Below, piece after piece: positions 52,801 to 64,000 of a stretch of 64,000 bases of DNA. The position numbers and the translations under genes were made by a program. This stretch comes from Amphiscolops sp. MND2022 (taxonomy: Eukaryota): assembly GCA_964187785.1 (NCBI GenBank), contig OZ076409.1, forward strand, positions 4,280,001 to 4,344,000. Direction: 5' to 3'. The stretch's first letter is position 1. Each line of letters begins with the position of its first letter. The notes under the pieces are model-generated. The model worked only from the letters and a program-made list of their open reading frames with translations. It did no database searches and was not told where the DNA came from.

Positions 52801-54119
52801 ATAACTCCGACCAGCAGATCTCCCGGGAAACGGCAGGATTCCCCATGCCGCAGCAGATTGCAGATCTCACCCTGGCTGAAGTAGAAGACTTTGTGGCAGC
52901 AATGGCTCCTGTCTTTGCCCCTATCTTTGGCGCAGTGGGCGTGTGCCGATACCCAACAAAACCATTGGCAACAGCCGTCCAAGTGCACATGGTCTCCTTC
53001 AGTACCTATCTGCGAGGCCGTCCTTCACTGGCGTATCCAAGGGTAATACATGCAGTGCTGAGTGGTGAGGTGCCGCATGGGTACACGACCATAAAATCCG
53101 AAAGAGAGTTGGAGGAGAACTTGATGGGCTTGCTGCGCGCGCGCACCAGGAAAGCATGTCCCCTACCCCGAGAGCATGGACCTGTGAACTGGTATTCCGC
53201 ACCTCTCAGTTTGGAAGGGGTTCCCTTTAGGTTCCCCTGGAATCAAGAGTTCGTGAGGAAGGCGATTCGCGCCAGCACTAGTGCTGGTCCACCCGTGGAT
53301 CCTTTATACTGCTTCAAATGCATTGCCTTCCCAAACCGCTATTGGAAGGAGCCGTTAGGTTGGCCCAGGGCAAAACCCGTTGGACGCGCCCCAGAGGTGT
53401 TCAACCGCCAAATCCAACACTTGGAGTCAGCCCAGATCCCAGGATGGATTGAAGGCGCTGCTCAGATTAGGCAGAGGAATCTCCAATCCCGCGTCATTCC
53501 ATTCCCCAGGAAGTCGGCATGGAAGCCTACGGGAAAGATGACCATGTCTGGAGATATGTCCATCGTCCAGCATGATGAGATAAATTCCGTGTTGGGCTCA
53601 ACAGAACGAGCGCGATGGGAAGAATACTGTCTGGAGTTGGAGATTGCAAGCTTCCCCAAATGGAAGAGAGCTTGCGAGCTCTGGAGCCAATCTGGATGGA
53701 TCTCACGCCGTGTAGCACTAGCGGTAGAAGGTAGAGCAGAGATAGCGAGACAACAGGCGTTCGCGCCTACCATGCTCGCACCAACGATGGCGATGTCCTT
53801 GGATCGGCCCATCTCCCAACCGATCACCATTAACCTTCCAACCCATAACTTGGAGCCAGACCCAGTTGGCCCGTCTTCGTCGCGAACGAGGCCTCAGTCC
53901 TCGCAGCAGCAGTCCGGAGAGCACACTGCCGAATTGACTCCCAATGCAGCACTAGTGCAGCCTATTGCCGAGTTGTCGCTCCCCGAAAGTCCGTCGGACT
54001 CTGAAACAGTTGCCACAGAAGTTTCTCCCCGACGTCGAGCGTCAGTGTCGACTGATAACCCAGAACAGAACCTAGATGATGCCACTAAAGAGCGGACCCG
54101 ACGCAGTTCAGCTCAATAA
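49812..54119 (+). CDS. Element B ORF3, intact 1435-aa protein with an SGNH-hydrolase-like domain
   Basis: Uninterrupted 4.3-kb ORF with ATG; low-complexity ends; globular core ~51380-51935 with SGNH-like blocks; no signal peptide. Confidence 0.85.
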   Translation: MAYYPNNTVPISTTGPHANRTQELPARAQRTNQVQYVEERLRNGLSPLAVAGVAALLTQLDTMQTLPGVSVSLVTEVAGYRRTLTCQNNAWDGHDLTHQFLDERSTTMLGPSQGTIFEQEASLCMVPASVATLPPPQMVALPPPAPNPVPMTPTYSGSPAFGTSYPAPHMVLQTTTNAPVSDREPSGSRLPPIPNPELMGRSTSEQAVIVALQAVANCPNSTDFVRAVEQRIPGLATYVQAAAQSAGCDPPAPLVETASMDMEIVAGPSNSASAASGTREEAGRKRLTEETVSVTPAGSVTESPTSRPPPDKRADVPRSQLKSVVIPRPPYRVGHLGRSAPQMSLADAIEQYGDPDAGSEVSSVPSGTNPFDMSLEIPETVEEAHPPAFLPPSDDVSGSVVTNDSKRIWMAAEHLYPSQCAIKKRTPPTETEQKEINRTTIPAQVTRSLRPRDADMSEQAWEQRAREQLPMTTNDYMAPLQHNVTEQFPARYVLREGETWEANARYARNLRSLKPLLKAALQCARYCMAVDSTCRSDLPIDNLMPDVLVLTMPLSRFAEVAEMVGAIYDPNLRGSQKEPPPQRVIFANLLDHMACEGLLHDLDAIMSNVRRLGDIAALVNEVVGAMERVAEILRGRLGALALFVSPPGFMYWPRSLQQFVYILLEVCKARRVEFAICAPNLRVDREDLRPDTISYPAFFAAVSRALVAIERSGNAQLTIDDAILYDYGMRMGRLAFDLDGNRTARESNVTEREAVRRYNWLVRKDKEIPVRAELADLTKQIGAWPAARTVERTIPQIHFASGIEPVKLPVGLRCIVAIEATNLKAEVDAAATTYAYWYQTRFATRTLAEVARELNCPLEAFCTSLGLGWNLEVLTSEFSLTSTQTDKLLETIGEATVGEILALALAMGPTKFVVGPLALLADMVIACDLTVFYSYLVLAQGQLRSLTRWGHLMTSKDQQDYSAQLERMRASIQHWLYSTLVFASGLFVGVDQSQPLHNSDQQISRETAGFPMPQQIADLTLAEVEDFVAAMAPVFAPIFGAVGVCRYPTKPLATAVQVHMVSFSTYLRGRPSLAYPRVIHAVLSGEVPHGYTTIKSERELEENLMGLLRARTRKACPLPREHGPVNWYSAPLSLEGVPFRFPWNQEFVRKAIRASTSAGPPVDPLYCFKCIAFPNRYWKEPLGWPRAKPVGRAPEVFNRQIQHLESAQIPGWIEGAAQIRQRNLQSRVIPFPRKSAWKPTGKMTMSGDMSIVQHDEINSVLGSTERARWEEYCLELEIASFPKWKRACELWSQSGWISRRVALAVEGRAEIARQQAFAPTMLAPTMAMSLDRPISQPITINLPTHNLEPDPVGPSSSRTRPQSSQQQSGEHTAELTPNAALVQPIAELSLPESPSDSETVATEVSPRRRASVSTDNPEQNLDDATKERTRRSSAQ

Positions 54120-54860
54120 ACCCAGCCGCTAATGGGAGCGTTCGCGCTCCCTATACCCTCATAAACTGCCAACAAACAGTGCCTCAAAACTTCTCATCCA
54201 AAACGGTGCTACAGTATAAAGTGCAATTTTTGTTCTTAGTTATGGTTATATAGTTAGTGTACCATTAGTGTTGCACTGGGTGTACGGCCAATAGAGTACG
54301 CCTGCCCCAGTGGCTTGAGTGACCAAGCAGAAAGAAAAGAAAACTATTGTTCAAAAAAATATCATTTTTGTTGCGCACCGTTCGCGGTGTTTTTGAGTTG
54401 TCACAATCAAAAGAAGTCTTATCCCTCTTGATTGCGTTTCTTTCTAGTCTAGTGTTCTACATCAATCTGGTTGTTCACCGTAAGAGCCCCCAAGCTCTAA
54501 AAAAGTTTTTAATCGCCTAAAATGAAATGAAGACTTGTAGTCTCAAATGGTAAGGAAAAGAAATTTTAGCTGACTTTGGTCGCAAAAAGGTTTTTACACG
54601 AGTTGACTGCCCAAACGAATTTTAAACCGGCTGAAAACTGTAGCTCTCGAGCTGGTGCTAAAGCCTCGTTCATGTTTTGTACGAATAGCTAGGCAGTAAG
54701 TTCTTTTTTCTTCTCATGAAAAAACTGCAAAGTCGACCAAAATTGTTGCCGAAAAACAAGGACTCGTCCTTGTTCTCCGATGTGTGGATGATGGTTCCCA
54801 GCAGTCACTGTGATGCAGTTCCCAGACGATCCAGACGCCGCTTGCCAGGGACGACAAGCC

Positions 54861-54877
54861 AGGAGCCTGGGGAGTGA
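54861..54877 (+). promoter_or_regulatory. Element B polypurine tract
   Basis: AGGAGCCTGGGGAGTGA abuts the 3' LTR. Confidence 0.65.
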
Positions 54878-55620
54878 TGTAACGGCAAGCTCTGGTACAG
54901 CAATATCAACCAACTTTGCAACTTCGACATGTTCAGAAAATTTTGTCAAAAATTCGTTCAAATTTGACGTGGCACTCAAACATGCTCAAGACGAAGTACC
55001 TGCCAGAAAAGCACCCCAGAAAAGCAGAAATCGCCGCTCGCGACGAACAAGCACCGGAGACGACTAAAAAGACGTCCCCAACGCAGACAGAACACGGTAT
55101 TGTGTCAATCTCTAGGAGATATCCATTACTACAGTAAAGGAAACCAGTGTTCCAGATGTTCGCCTGAGTATCCCTGCGGTATCCTGTGTGGCAACTAGCG
55201 CTAGCGCTGGGAACCTGAGGTCAATTTTCATCAAATGACTCTGAACTCTTGATTTCTTGTTGTATTTTTCGATGTGGTAAATTAATATGCTCGAGAGCTG
55301 TTGTTTAACATCTGTTTATCCAATTTGGCGATTTTATCAGATTCTCCAATATTACGGTTCAACCTTCATCGATTTTCAGCCCAATTTTTAAAGGCTAGTT
55401 GAGCAGTGGTCTTGAGTCTTGCAAGATGCCTGTTACTTTTAGCAGTTACAGACTAGGACCAGGCCAGAGAGCGTCCTACAAGACGGTTCCCCCACCTTGG
55501 GACTGGCTCCTTCGGAGGGAAAATGAGCTAGGGCCGCGGAGATCTAGGTCCCAGATAACATTCGCTGTTCTAGTTCCTCCACTCTACGTTGCGGTTGAAG
55601 CGCCAGCGCTTATCGTTACA
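54878..55620 (+). repeat. Element B 3' LTR
   Basis: Direct repeat of 36716-37458. Confidence 0.95.
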
Positions 55621-56480
55621 ACTATAAGTGAGGTCGATGAAGAAACTGGGAAGAGATTTGGTAGAATATGGAAAAAAAACGCAATACAGATTATGATTTT
55701 CCTCCCCAATTATATGTGGGCGGAAAATAACAAAACACAAATTTGTTCCAAAAGTACAGATTGCCGCAACAAAACAGTTACTATTACGAAAATGAGTTAC
55801 TTGTCAGTTATCATCCGTTATTTTCTGTAACTGAAGAGTTTTATTCCAAGCAGGAATTTTCTTGCATTGACCTTTTTAAACTTTTGAACACAAACGCCGA
55901 GAATGGTTGAATCAATGGTTCTACCTCAGGATGAAGGCTTCATCGAATGGTTGAATCTTCACTTCAAAAGCAGATGACAATTAAGGGACCTTTAAAAGTT
56001 GCATTTCAAGAGAACCCTGTCAATTAATTTCTTTGAACGGTTCTTAGAATGAGCCACAATGTTTGAGATTGCAGGCTAACCTTAGTGCGATCCATAAGAG
56101 ATTCCAGTTTGATCGGCTGAGCAAGTGTGTCTGCATAACTTGCATTGTGCCATATACGCCAAACCCAACTGCTAAAGCGTGTTTCTCAACTTACACTGCA
56201 GGGTTGTAGAACAGTGCTTACAAACCCAGGAATACAATCAAACAACATCGAAGGATCTTGGGAAGCGAGATGAATTTTGGAAGGAAGGCTCTGGGAAGAG
56301 TTGGATGGAAATGGAAAGTTTTGCCCTTGGAATTTTGACACAACTTGATTATTTTTCTTACCTTCGGAAGCACTATTTGATCTTTGCCCAGTCTACACAA
56401 AAACAGCTGAAGAAAGTGACCATACTAAAGTGAAGGTTTTAAAAGGGGGGTTAGATTAGTAAAAGTTATAACAGTGAAGA

Positions 56481-56670
56481 TGAAGTAGACTGTTGACAAA
56501 CAACTTTATATCAATTACCGTTGCTATTTTTAGTTTGAACTTATTATCATTATTGTTTACTAACAACTACATAACCCTTAATCAAGAGCTGATATCATTA
56601 CAGTAAACTTTCAGCTAGAGTAAACGTTGATCTTAACTTCTTTTCTCAAGCCTATCTTAGAATTACTTCA
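56481..56670 (+). repeat. Element C 5' LTR
   Basis: Direct repeat of 62240-62429. Confidence 0.95.
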
Positions 56671-56699
56671 TGGCGCAGTCAACAATTTAAAGAATTGCA

Positions 56700-57728
56700 A
56701 TGGAAGACGAAGAAGGCAACATAACGGGACAGAGCAATAGCCAATCACTCCCAAACAACACAACGACGAGATTGGTAGATCGGACAGCTACACAAAAGCT
56801 ACCCATTCCGATCCTTGAGAAGAATGATCACACCAGTGAAAAACTATGGTGGAGAAAATTTGTCCAATACAACAAGATGACCCGTGAAATCGACTTATCA
56901 AAAATGACAAACTTTAAAGAGATACTGCCACAAATCAGAGAGCAGTTGGAGGAAGAAATCAAAGATGTATTCATATGGGCAATTGGCCAATCAGCGATCA
57001 CGGAAATGACAAAGACGGTAAGAGAAAGGGAACCAAATTCCCTACCATTATACCGACTATACACACTCTTCAGACTCCATTTCATCCCCGAGAGGAAAAA
57101 ACACAACAGTAGAGCAGATTTTTTCAATCTAAAACGAGAACCAGGAGAATCAGCTGCGGAAACGTGGAAACGCATTCTAGTAGAGAAGAATTGCGAATTC
57201 GAAGAAATAACGGCAGCCGAAATGCTCGCATCAAAATTCTTATCCGTAATTGGAAAAACGACAGGCGACAAGGACCTGAAAAAGAAGATAAAAAAAGGGG
57301 ACATGTCGGTGGAAGCAATTACCGACACAATCCTCGAATACATGTACGAAAAAATGAACGAATCGAAAGATTCCGAAGAAGAAACAAAAATCAAGCACGT
57401 GGATAGAAAAAGAACCTACCAAAAACCAGAAAAAGAATGACAAAACAAATTCTGAAAAGTACACTGTATCAGATGCGGGGCACCGAATTGGAACAAACCA
57501 CACTATTGCCCGGCAAAGACAAAAAAGTGCCTAAACTGCGGAAAAATTGGTCACTTCGCAAGATTATGCCAATCAAAGCAAAATACGGACCGAAGAATAA
57601 AACATATTCAACAAGACTCCGAAGCCACCAGTGTAGAAGAAGACAACTGGACACCAAACAAAATACACTCAATAAACAACACGGTCCATTCAACAAGACA
57701 ATTATCCAAAGATGGACAACCATTCTTC
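56700..57728 (+). pseudogene. gag: Element C gag
   Basis: 246-aa ORF, then a frameshifted double knuckle CIRCGAPNWNKPHYCPAKTKKCLNCGKIGHFARLC. Confidence 0.85.
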
Positions 57729-60700
57729 ATGGTGACGGTATTGGTTGACAACCGTCCAATCAAGTTTATAATAGACAGAAGATCACCGGTCACTCTGATA
57801 CCAAAACAAAACTTCAACGGTATTACAACAATATACCCGTTGAACGAAGAATACCGAGACGTAAACAACAACAAAATTAAATTCGAAGGCAAAACAATGG
57901 CAAACATCGAAATAGAGGGAGAAAAGAAAAAATTGGAACTACTGATTACCACAAAAAGAACAAACCCACTACATCTGGGAATAAACATAAACATCGAGAA
58001 ACCAAATCCAAAAATACAAAACATCCAAGAAGATCCAGACATCACGGACCTGGAGAAAAAATTCAAAAAACTATTCCATGAGAACAAAACCGTGAAAGGA
58101 ATAGAAGTAGATATTCAACTTAAACCATACGCAAAGTTGTTGCCGCAAAAAGGCCGACCGATACCGATTCACCTACAACCGGGAGTCGCTGAAGAAATCG
58201 AAAAGTTAACGAAGAACGGCCATATCGAAAAAGCTACCCATATAGACGAAAACTGCTTCGTCAGCCCAGCCGTTATCACGGTCAAAAAAAATAAAACGAT
58301 AAAAATCGCTCTAGACTCACGAAACTCAACTAAATCACCGTGAAAAGAAAAGCGCAAATGCCGAACATGGAGGAATTAATATCTAGAATATCCAGAAAAA
58401 TCGCCGACGGAGAAGAACACGATATATGGATATCAAAATTCGACCTGGACTACGCATACTGTCAACTACCGTTATCAAAAAACACAAGGGACTTATGCAT
58501 ATTTGCGGTAACCGGAGGTAACTTTACCGGCTACTATAGATTCCTCAAAGGCTTCTACGGCTTGGCGGACATCCCGACCATATTTCAAGAAAAGATTGAC
58601 CAAACACTGGAGAACAAACACCCGGCGTGGTTAGACGACATATTAGTAGTAACCAAAGGGACGAAAGAACAACACAAGCGCGAGTTAATTGACGTATTAA
58701 CAAAACTAGAAAACGCAGGATATAGACTGAGCGAAAACAAAACCGAATTTTTTAAATCGGGAGTAGCATGGGTGGGACACAAAATTGACGAAAACGGTAT
58801 CAGACCGTTGCAAGATAAACTCAAAGCCATACAAGAATTTAGGGAAACAAAGAACGAAAAAGAACTGAAATCTTTTCTGGGGGCAATTCAATACTTGTCA
58901 AAGTATATTGAAAAATTGTCAGCCCAAACGGACTTACTGAGACAATACTGAAAAAAAATATAGAATGGATCTGGACACCAGAACATTCCGAAGCATTTAC
59001 ACAATTAAAAAATAAAATCACGGAGATACCGTGTCTAGCACACTATAACTCCAATCTACCGAACACAATAACAACAGACGCCAGTATAAAAGGCCTGGGC
59101 GCAACACTCTGGCACGAACAACAATGGCGAACTAAAACAGATAGCATTTGCAAGCAGATTTCTATCGGATACCAAAAAGAAATACGCCATCAACGAACTT
59201 GAATTATTGGCGGTCGTATGGGGCGAAGAACACTTCCGTTTATACATATACGGTAAACCGATAAAATTGCTGACCGATCATCAGGCTCTCGAACCATTAA
59301 TTAAACGCAACCGCTCAAATAAAACATACAGCGCCCGTTTAACTAGATGGCAGGACCGATTAGCACATTTCACAATTAACGTGAACCACATCGCGGGAAA
59401 ACATTTAGCTTTAACGGATTACTTGAGTAGAAATCCAAACGCACCGCCACAACAAGACGAAGCATACGACGAAGAGTACGTAATTAACAGCATAGTACCG
59501 CACTACGAATTTGTTTCAGAAGTTGGTTGCCTTAGCAACCACTTCGTCCAATCACATACACACAGCGAAACGTCGAAAGGAACGGAAACAAACAAACAGC
59601 TGTCAACGGAACGCACACGTGAACAAAACGCCAATAATAAAATTGATCGCATCGAAACAAGCAGCACAAATTGTCAAAATCAGACAGATTTTAAAACAAT
59701 GGACGCCAAAACAATAGACAATTTGGAACGAATCGACAATTCAAAGAAACAATAGACCTGATAGAGCGGTGGCGAAATATAGTAAAGCCAGGGATATACC
59801 GACTCTCAAAAGGTAAATGGAAAAAATACCATGAACCGAAATTCTTACGCGGAGAAAGACGAGACATAGAAGAAAAACTTTCCGAAATAATCAGGAGACT
59901 AGAAAGCCCGTCCAGGGAAATTCGAAACCGGCCACATCAATCAGATGAATACACCGCTAACTGGCAATTTACTGTACCTGCCCCACAAAATTTCCGAGGA
60001 GGGTTCATTCAGCGAACCAATATTGAACAACCGGGGACATCAAAATCACCAACGACCACCCAAGAGGATATCCCCATGGAAGAAGGAGAGATTTCAAGCG
60101 ACTCCGAACTAGCACCGTCGGTACTGGAGGTGCCTACCATTAACTGGACAAACTACGTCGGAAAAAGAACGTACAATACATAAAGATGGGACACGCCCCA
60201 AGAGTTAGGGGACTTGAACAAAACAGCTGGGACCTGGAACAAACCGTCCGTGAAACGGAAAAAGAATTTTCCACAGATCTGCAGTTACTGATGACGGAAA
60301 CAACAAATGATCCCAAGCTACTAAAAACACTTGTATGCCTGGAGCGTCAACAGTACGACAACATTCCGGACGAGTACAACCTCTACAAAAAGAAACTGTC
60401 AACACGCAATGGTCTAGTATTCTTCGAAGACAAACTCATAGTACCAATCAACCTGAGAACAACGGTCATAAGCCTGCTGCACAAAGGACATGCGGCCATC
60501 AACAAGATGACCCTTTCCGCAAAGCATTTCTGGTGGCCCAAATTGACAAAAGCCATACAACGAATATGCGACAGCTGCATACCGTGCAAACTTTCCGGTA
60601 AGAATTTAAAACCTAACATACCAAAAACGGAACAAAATAGTTTACCTCCATTAAGCGCACCGAAAGAAGAAATCCAATTGGACTTCATCGGACCAACCAC

Positions 60701-61954
60701 GGACCAGAACCGTAGATTTTTTATTTTACTCTCCATAGCAAATGGCCATCGGCCAGTCTATGTAAAACTACTGACGGTGAAACGGCGACAAAATTTTTGG
60801 AACAATACTGTAACTTAAACGGTATACCGAAAACGAAAAGAACGGACAAGGCAATAGCCTTTACCGGACGACAATTTACAGAACTCTGCAAAAACAAATT
60901 CACAAAACTAATATACGGGACACCGTATATACACACCCCTACCGGCCTAGTAGAACGAGGAGTACGCACTTTGAAAGAAAACCTTCTAACTAACATTAAA
61001 GACCGAAAACCATTCGGAAAAGCATTGGACTTAGCACTATATGTGATGCGAACTACACCACACACTAGGCTAAGAAAATCCGCTTTCGAATTACAATTTG
61101 GCAAACACGGAATGGAGTAATATGTTGAAACTAGACAAAACCAAACCGATAACCAATAATTTCATTTCAGCAAGGCCAGATAACCTACAGGTATACACAT
61201 TCAGTGGAGAAAGCGGTAGCTCCGACCATCTACCAATGAAACAAAAGAGAAAAGGAGCAAAAACGGTAAGTAAATACCCGTTTCATTTCTTCGAACGAAA
61301 AAATCAAAAGAGAAAATTTGAAAGCCCATATTTAGAAAACCTATAAACAGCAGTCACTGGAACGAAACACACCGTGACTACTTCAGATAATAAAATAATT
61401 CACCGTAAACTGATTAGCAACTTATTATTACATTTGAACAGGAACCAACAAACAGAGGGACAGGCCCAAGAGGACCAGACGGGAGATTTGCCAGGAAACA
61501 ATACAAATCAAAACACTCCGTCGAAAAATCCCCATCAGAAGAAGATCTGGACACCAGCCCAGAATCGCCCACCACTAAACGGACAAGCACAATCGCCAGG
61601 GGACGGCCACGGACAACGCAAGAAAGCACATCGCCAGATAATACACCGGGCCAACAAGACAATACAGGAACTGGAACGCTCACAATTAATACAGACCAAA
61701 TGTTGGAGTTCGACATTGAGCAAACAATAAAAGATTCCACACAATCAGGACAAGAAATCCAAATCAGAGACAACTCCGGTAAGGTAACATTTTATAACAA
61801 CGAAAAAAAAACAGAAAACAAGCCAGACACATCAGAACTAGAATTAGTAAGTAACTTAAGCTCTTGCACCGAAATAGAAAAGGACTTAGAACAACTAGAA
61901 AATACTAACCTACGCCGGTCAAAGAGGCTAACAAAAACAAACCCAATTGACTAA
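57729..61954 (+). pseudogene. pol: Element C pol (PR, RT, RNase H, integrase), fragmented
   Basis: Protease remnant FIIDRRSPVTLIP; RT GFYGL/WLDD; RNase H TTDAS, LLTDHQAL; integrase HKGH..CIPC, LDFIGP, GLVERGVR. Confidence 0.9.
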
Positions 61955-62239
61955 ATAACCCAGTTAACCAATCTGATTACAGGAAACACTGCAAAATGAC
62001 TCAATCTGCCAACACTAAAGGAATGCTCAGAGGAGATGCCGGAGCAAAACGAAGAGGACAACTAGTAAAACGCCAAAAAGACCCACCCAACCCACAAACG
62101 GAAAAACAAAAAGCCTCTCACGGAACACCGGAGAAAACACTACCAGACAATGGACGGATAACCGGACACAACGACATAATGGACAGCAACGGACAAGCAT
62201 ACCCATTGGATGATTCTCATCCAATCAAAGAAGGAGGAA

Positions 62240-62429
62240 TGAAGTAGACTGTTGACAAACAACTTTATATCAATTACCGTTGCTATTTTTAGTTTGCACT
62301 TATTATCATTATTGTTTACTAACAACTACAGAGCCCTTAATCAAGAGCTGATATCATTACAGTAAACTTTCAGCTAGAGTAAACGTTGATCTTAATTTCT
62401 TTTCTCAAGCCTATCTTAGAATTACTTCA
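62240..62429 (+). repeat. Element C 3' LTR
   Basis: Direct repeat of 56481-56670, followed by TSD GAAGA. Confidence 0.95.
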
Positions 62430-63909
62430 GAAGACTAAAATTGATACTTTTAGTACACAAAAGGAAATAAGCATCTGACAGAGTCTTCTAAGACGACCAG
62501 TTGTAAAGAAAAACAGCTGCTTTTATCATCGGAATCATCTGACTTACTTCGAAGACATGATAGAAGTATGCTAGAGTTCCCACAATCATGACCATCGCAC
62601 ATGAAGCTAGTAACAGAACGAAAGCACGTTGAATGGAGTCCCGCATCACCGAAAGTGAACTCTGAGTGATTGGTAAGTGAAGGGTTCGTTTAACGTCCTA
62701 GTTAAGAATAATTTAGAATTTTTAAACAGTAAAAAAGATTGATTGTGGTGAATATTACCTACTGGAAAGTATTCCGAGCTTTTGTCGAGTCTCGAATCTA
62801 TCCAACTGCAGATGAAAATTTCCACATTGTTTCATTGAATCGTCTTCGATAGAGCTGTTTTCTACACTTTCAAGTCTGTCAGTGTATCATTCGTAACAGG
62901 GGACCCTATCGATTTGACCCTGTACCCAGACAAAACATAAAATCTTGAGAGGTGATATGAAATTATTCGTGTATCTTTCTAAGTGTTATGCAGCATTGAC
63001 GTAATCACATAGTTGTTGTATTGAAAGCCTACTCAACTATGAAGCTTGTGAAACGTGAAGCAAGTGCCTTAGTTGAGCTTTTTAGCAAAAAAAAAACAAA
63101 AAGGTTGCCAGCTTTACAGGGAATGAACTTGTTAACCATAGAAATCACATATTTACTATGCAATTTTCAAAAGACTATTGCATTCGATATTTGTAACATA
63201 TCATTCACGCAGAACCACGGTTAAACAACAATTTGAGTCAAAATACTTCAGGGCTGAAAAACGTTGAACAACCTTGAGGCACACAAGAAATAGTATCTTT
63301 GGAGACTTTTCGGAGACTTGTATTCTACGGTCTGTAAGTGCTGATAGTAACCCGGAAAAAGCTAACAATTCCAACTTTGTTTAAGTAACCTGATTGTTTC
63401 GTTCCTGGTACTTGCTCGTTTTCAAAACCAATCTGCGAAAAATACATGGAAATAAATTAGGTCATAACATCAAAAACGCATAAATCCATGGGGCATAGAT
63501 GAACACATACCAAAACCAGTTAAAAAACATTTCTTGGAGAACCTAAATTTGTTTTGGCAGCAAAAAAATTACGCGGAAAGCACCATTTTGAACTATATCG
63601 ACGACTATAGACAAATCGAAAATGCACAATTTGGGAACATTCCGAGAATTTAAGAACAAATTTCTGGAAACTTTTCAATTAAAACATAAAACGCATTTCT
63701 CTTTTTTCTAGCTTCTTCCAAACTTTTCCATAGTCGGTCACGCCTTCTGCTCTCGATTCGCGAACTTGCTCATCTTTTGAACCAGGGTTTCCAATGTCAG
63801 GAGAAACTCGATAACGGTTGCGTATTCACATGTGCGTCAGGTTCTGTTCCCACTAGATGAAAGGACTCAAAACAAGCGATATCTGTAGCATCCCGGGTCG
63901 ACCCTCCAT

Positions 63910-64000
63910 GGATATCTTAGTAAGATCTTGGCAAGATCTTGGAAAAATTTTAGCTAAGATCTTGCCAAGATATTGGCAAGAATTGCAAGATGTCATGGTA
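63910..64000. repeat. Cluster of short palindromic AAGATCTT-based repeats, possibly a DNA-transposon subterminal region; runs off the window
   Basis: TAAGATCTTGGCAAGATCTTGG...TAAGATCTTGCCAAGATATTGGCAAG. Confidence 0.45.

Larger units (their letters stand above)
36716..55620 (+). mobile_element. Element B: 18.9-kb Ty3/Gypsy LTR retrotransposon with extra ORFs
   Basis: 743-bp LTRs TGTAAC...GTTACA differing at ~3 positions; PBS, PPT, gag-pol, additional ORFs; no TSD found. Confidence 0.95.
56481..62429 (+). mobile_element. Element C: 5.95-kb Ty3/Gypsy (Mag-like) LTR retrotransposon, decayed
   Basis: 190-bp LTRs TGAAGTA...TACTTCA (~4 differences); 5-bp TSD GAAGA; PBS TGGCGCAGTC at 56671 (tRNA-Ser-like); PPT AAAGAAGGAGGAA at 62227-62239. 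Confidence 0.95.

Noticed and set aside
40049..54085. Numerous minus-strand and alternate-frame ORFs within element B
   Set aside because: Shadows of long GC-rich sense ORFs with no recognisable motifs.
49812..54119. ORF3 as an envelope gene
   Set aside because: No signal peptide, no Cys-rich ectodomain and no C-terminal TM anchor.
56179..56433. Possible host exon or ORF between elements B and C
   Set aside because: Short, no recognisable homology, splice signals ambiguous.

Overview
AT-rich, repeat-dense eukaryotic (animal-like) genomic DNA; I cannot identify the species. About 80% of the window is three full-length Ty3/Gypsy-type LTR retrotransposons on the + strand. Element A (8615-35529; 422/423-bp LTRs, CTAT TSD) is a decayed giant element of about 18.5 kb per monomer, extended by an internal ~8.4-kb tandem duplication. 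It carries gag-pol, an env that I recognise by eye as a class III fusogen (chuvirus G / herpes gB-like), about three further accessory ORFs and an array of covarying leader hairpins. Element B (36716-55620; near-identical 743-bp LTRs) is a young 18.9-kb element. Its gag-pol is followed by an AT-hook plus tandem TARG1-like macrodomain region and an intact 1435-aa ORF with an apparent SGNH-hydrolase-like domain. Element C (56481-62429; 190-bp LTRs, GAAGA TSD) is a decayed Mag-like element with a WLDD RT motif. Also present: two solo LTRs, the 5' end of a minus-strand relative of B, a tRNA-derived SINE, two TA-flanked MITEs, a perfect hairpin and one candidate host exon. All protein family calls are motif recognition by eye; no searches were run.
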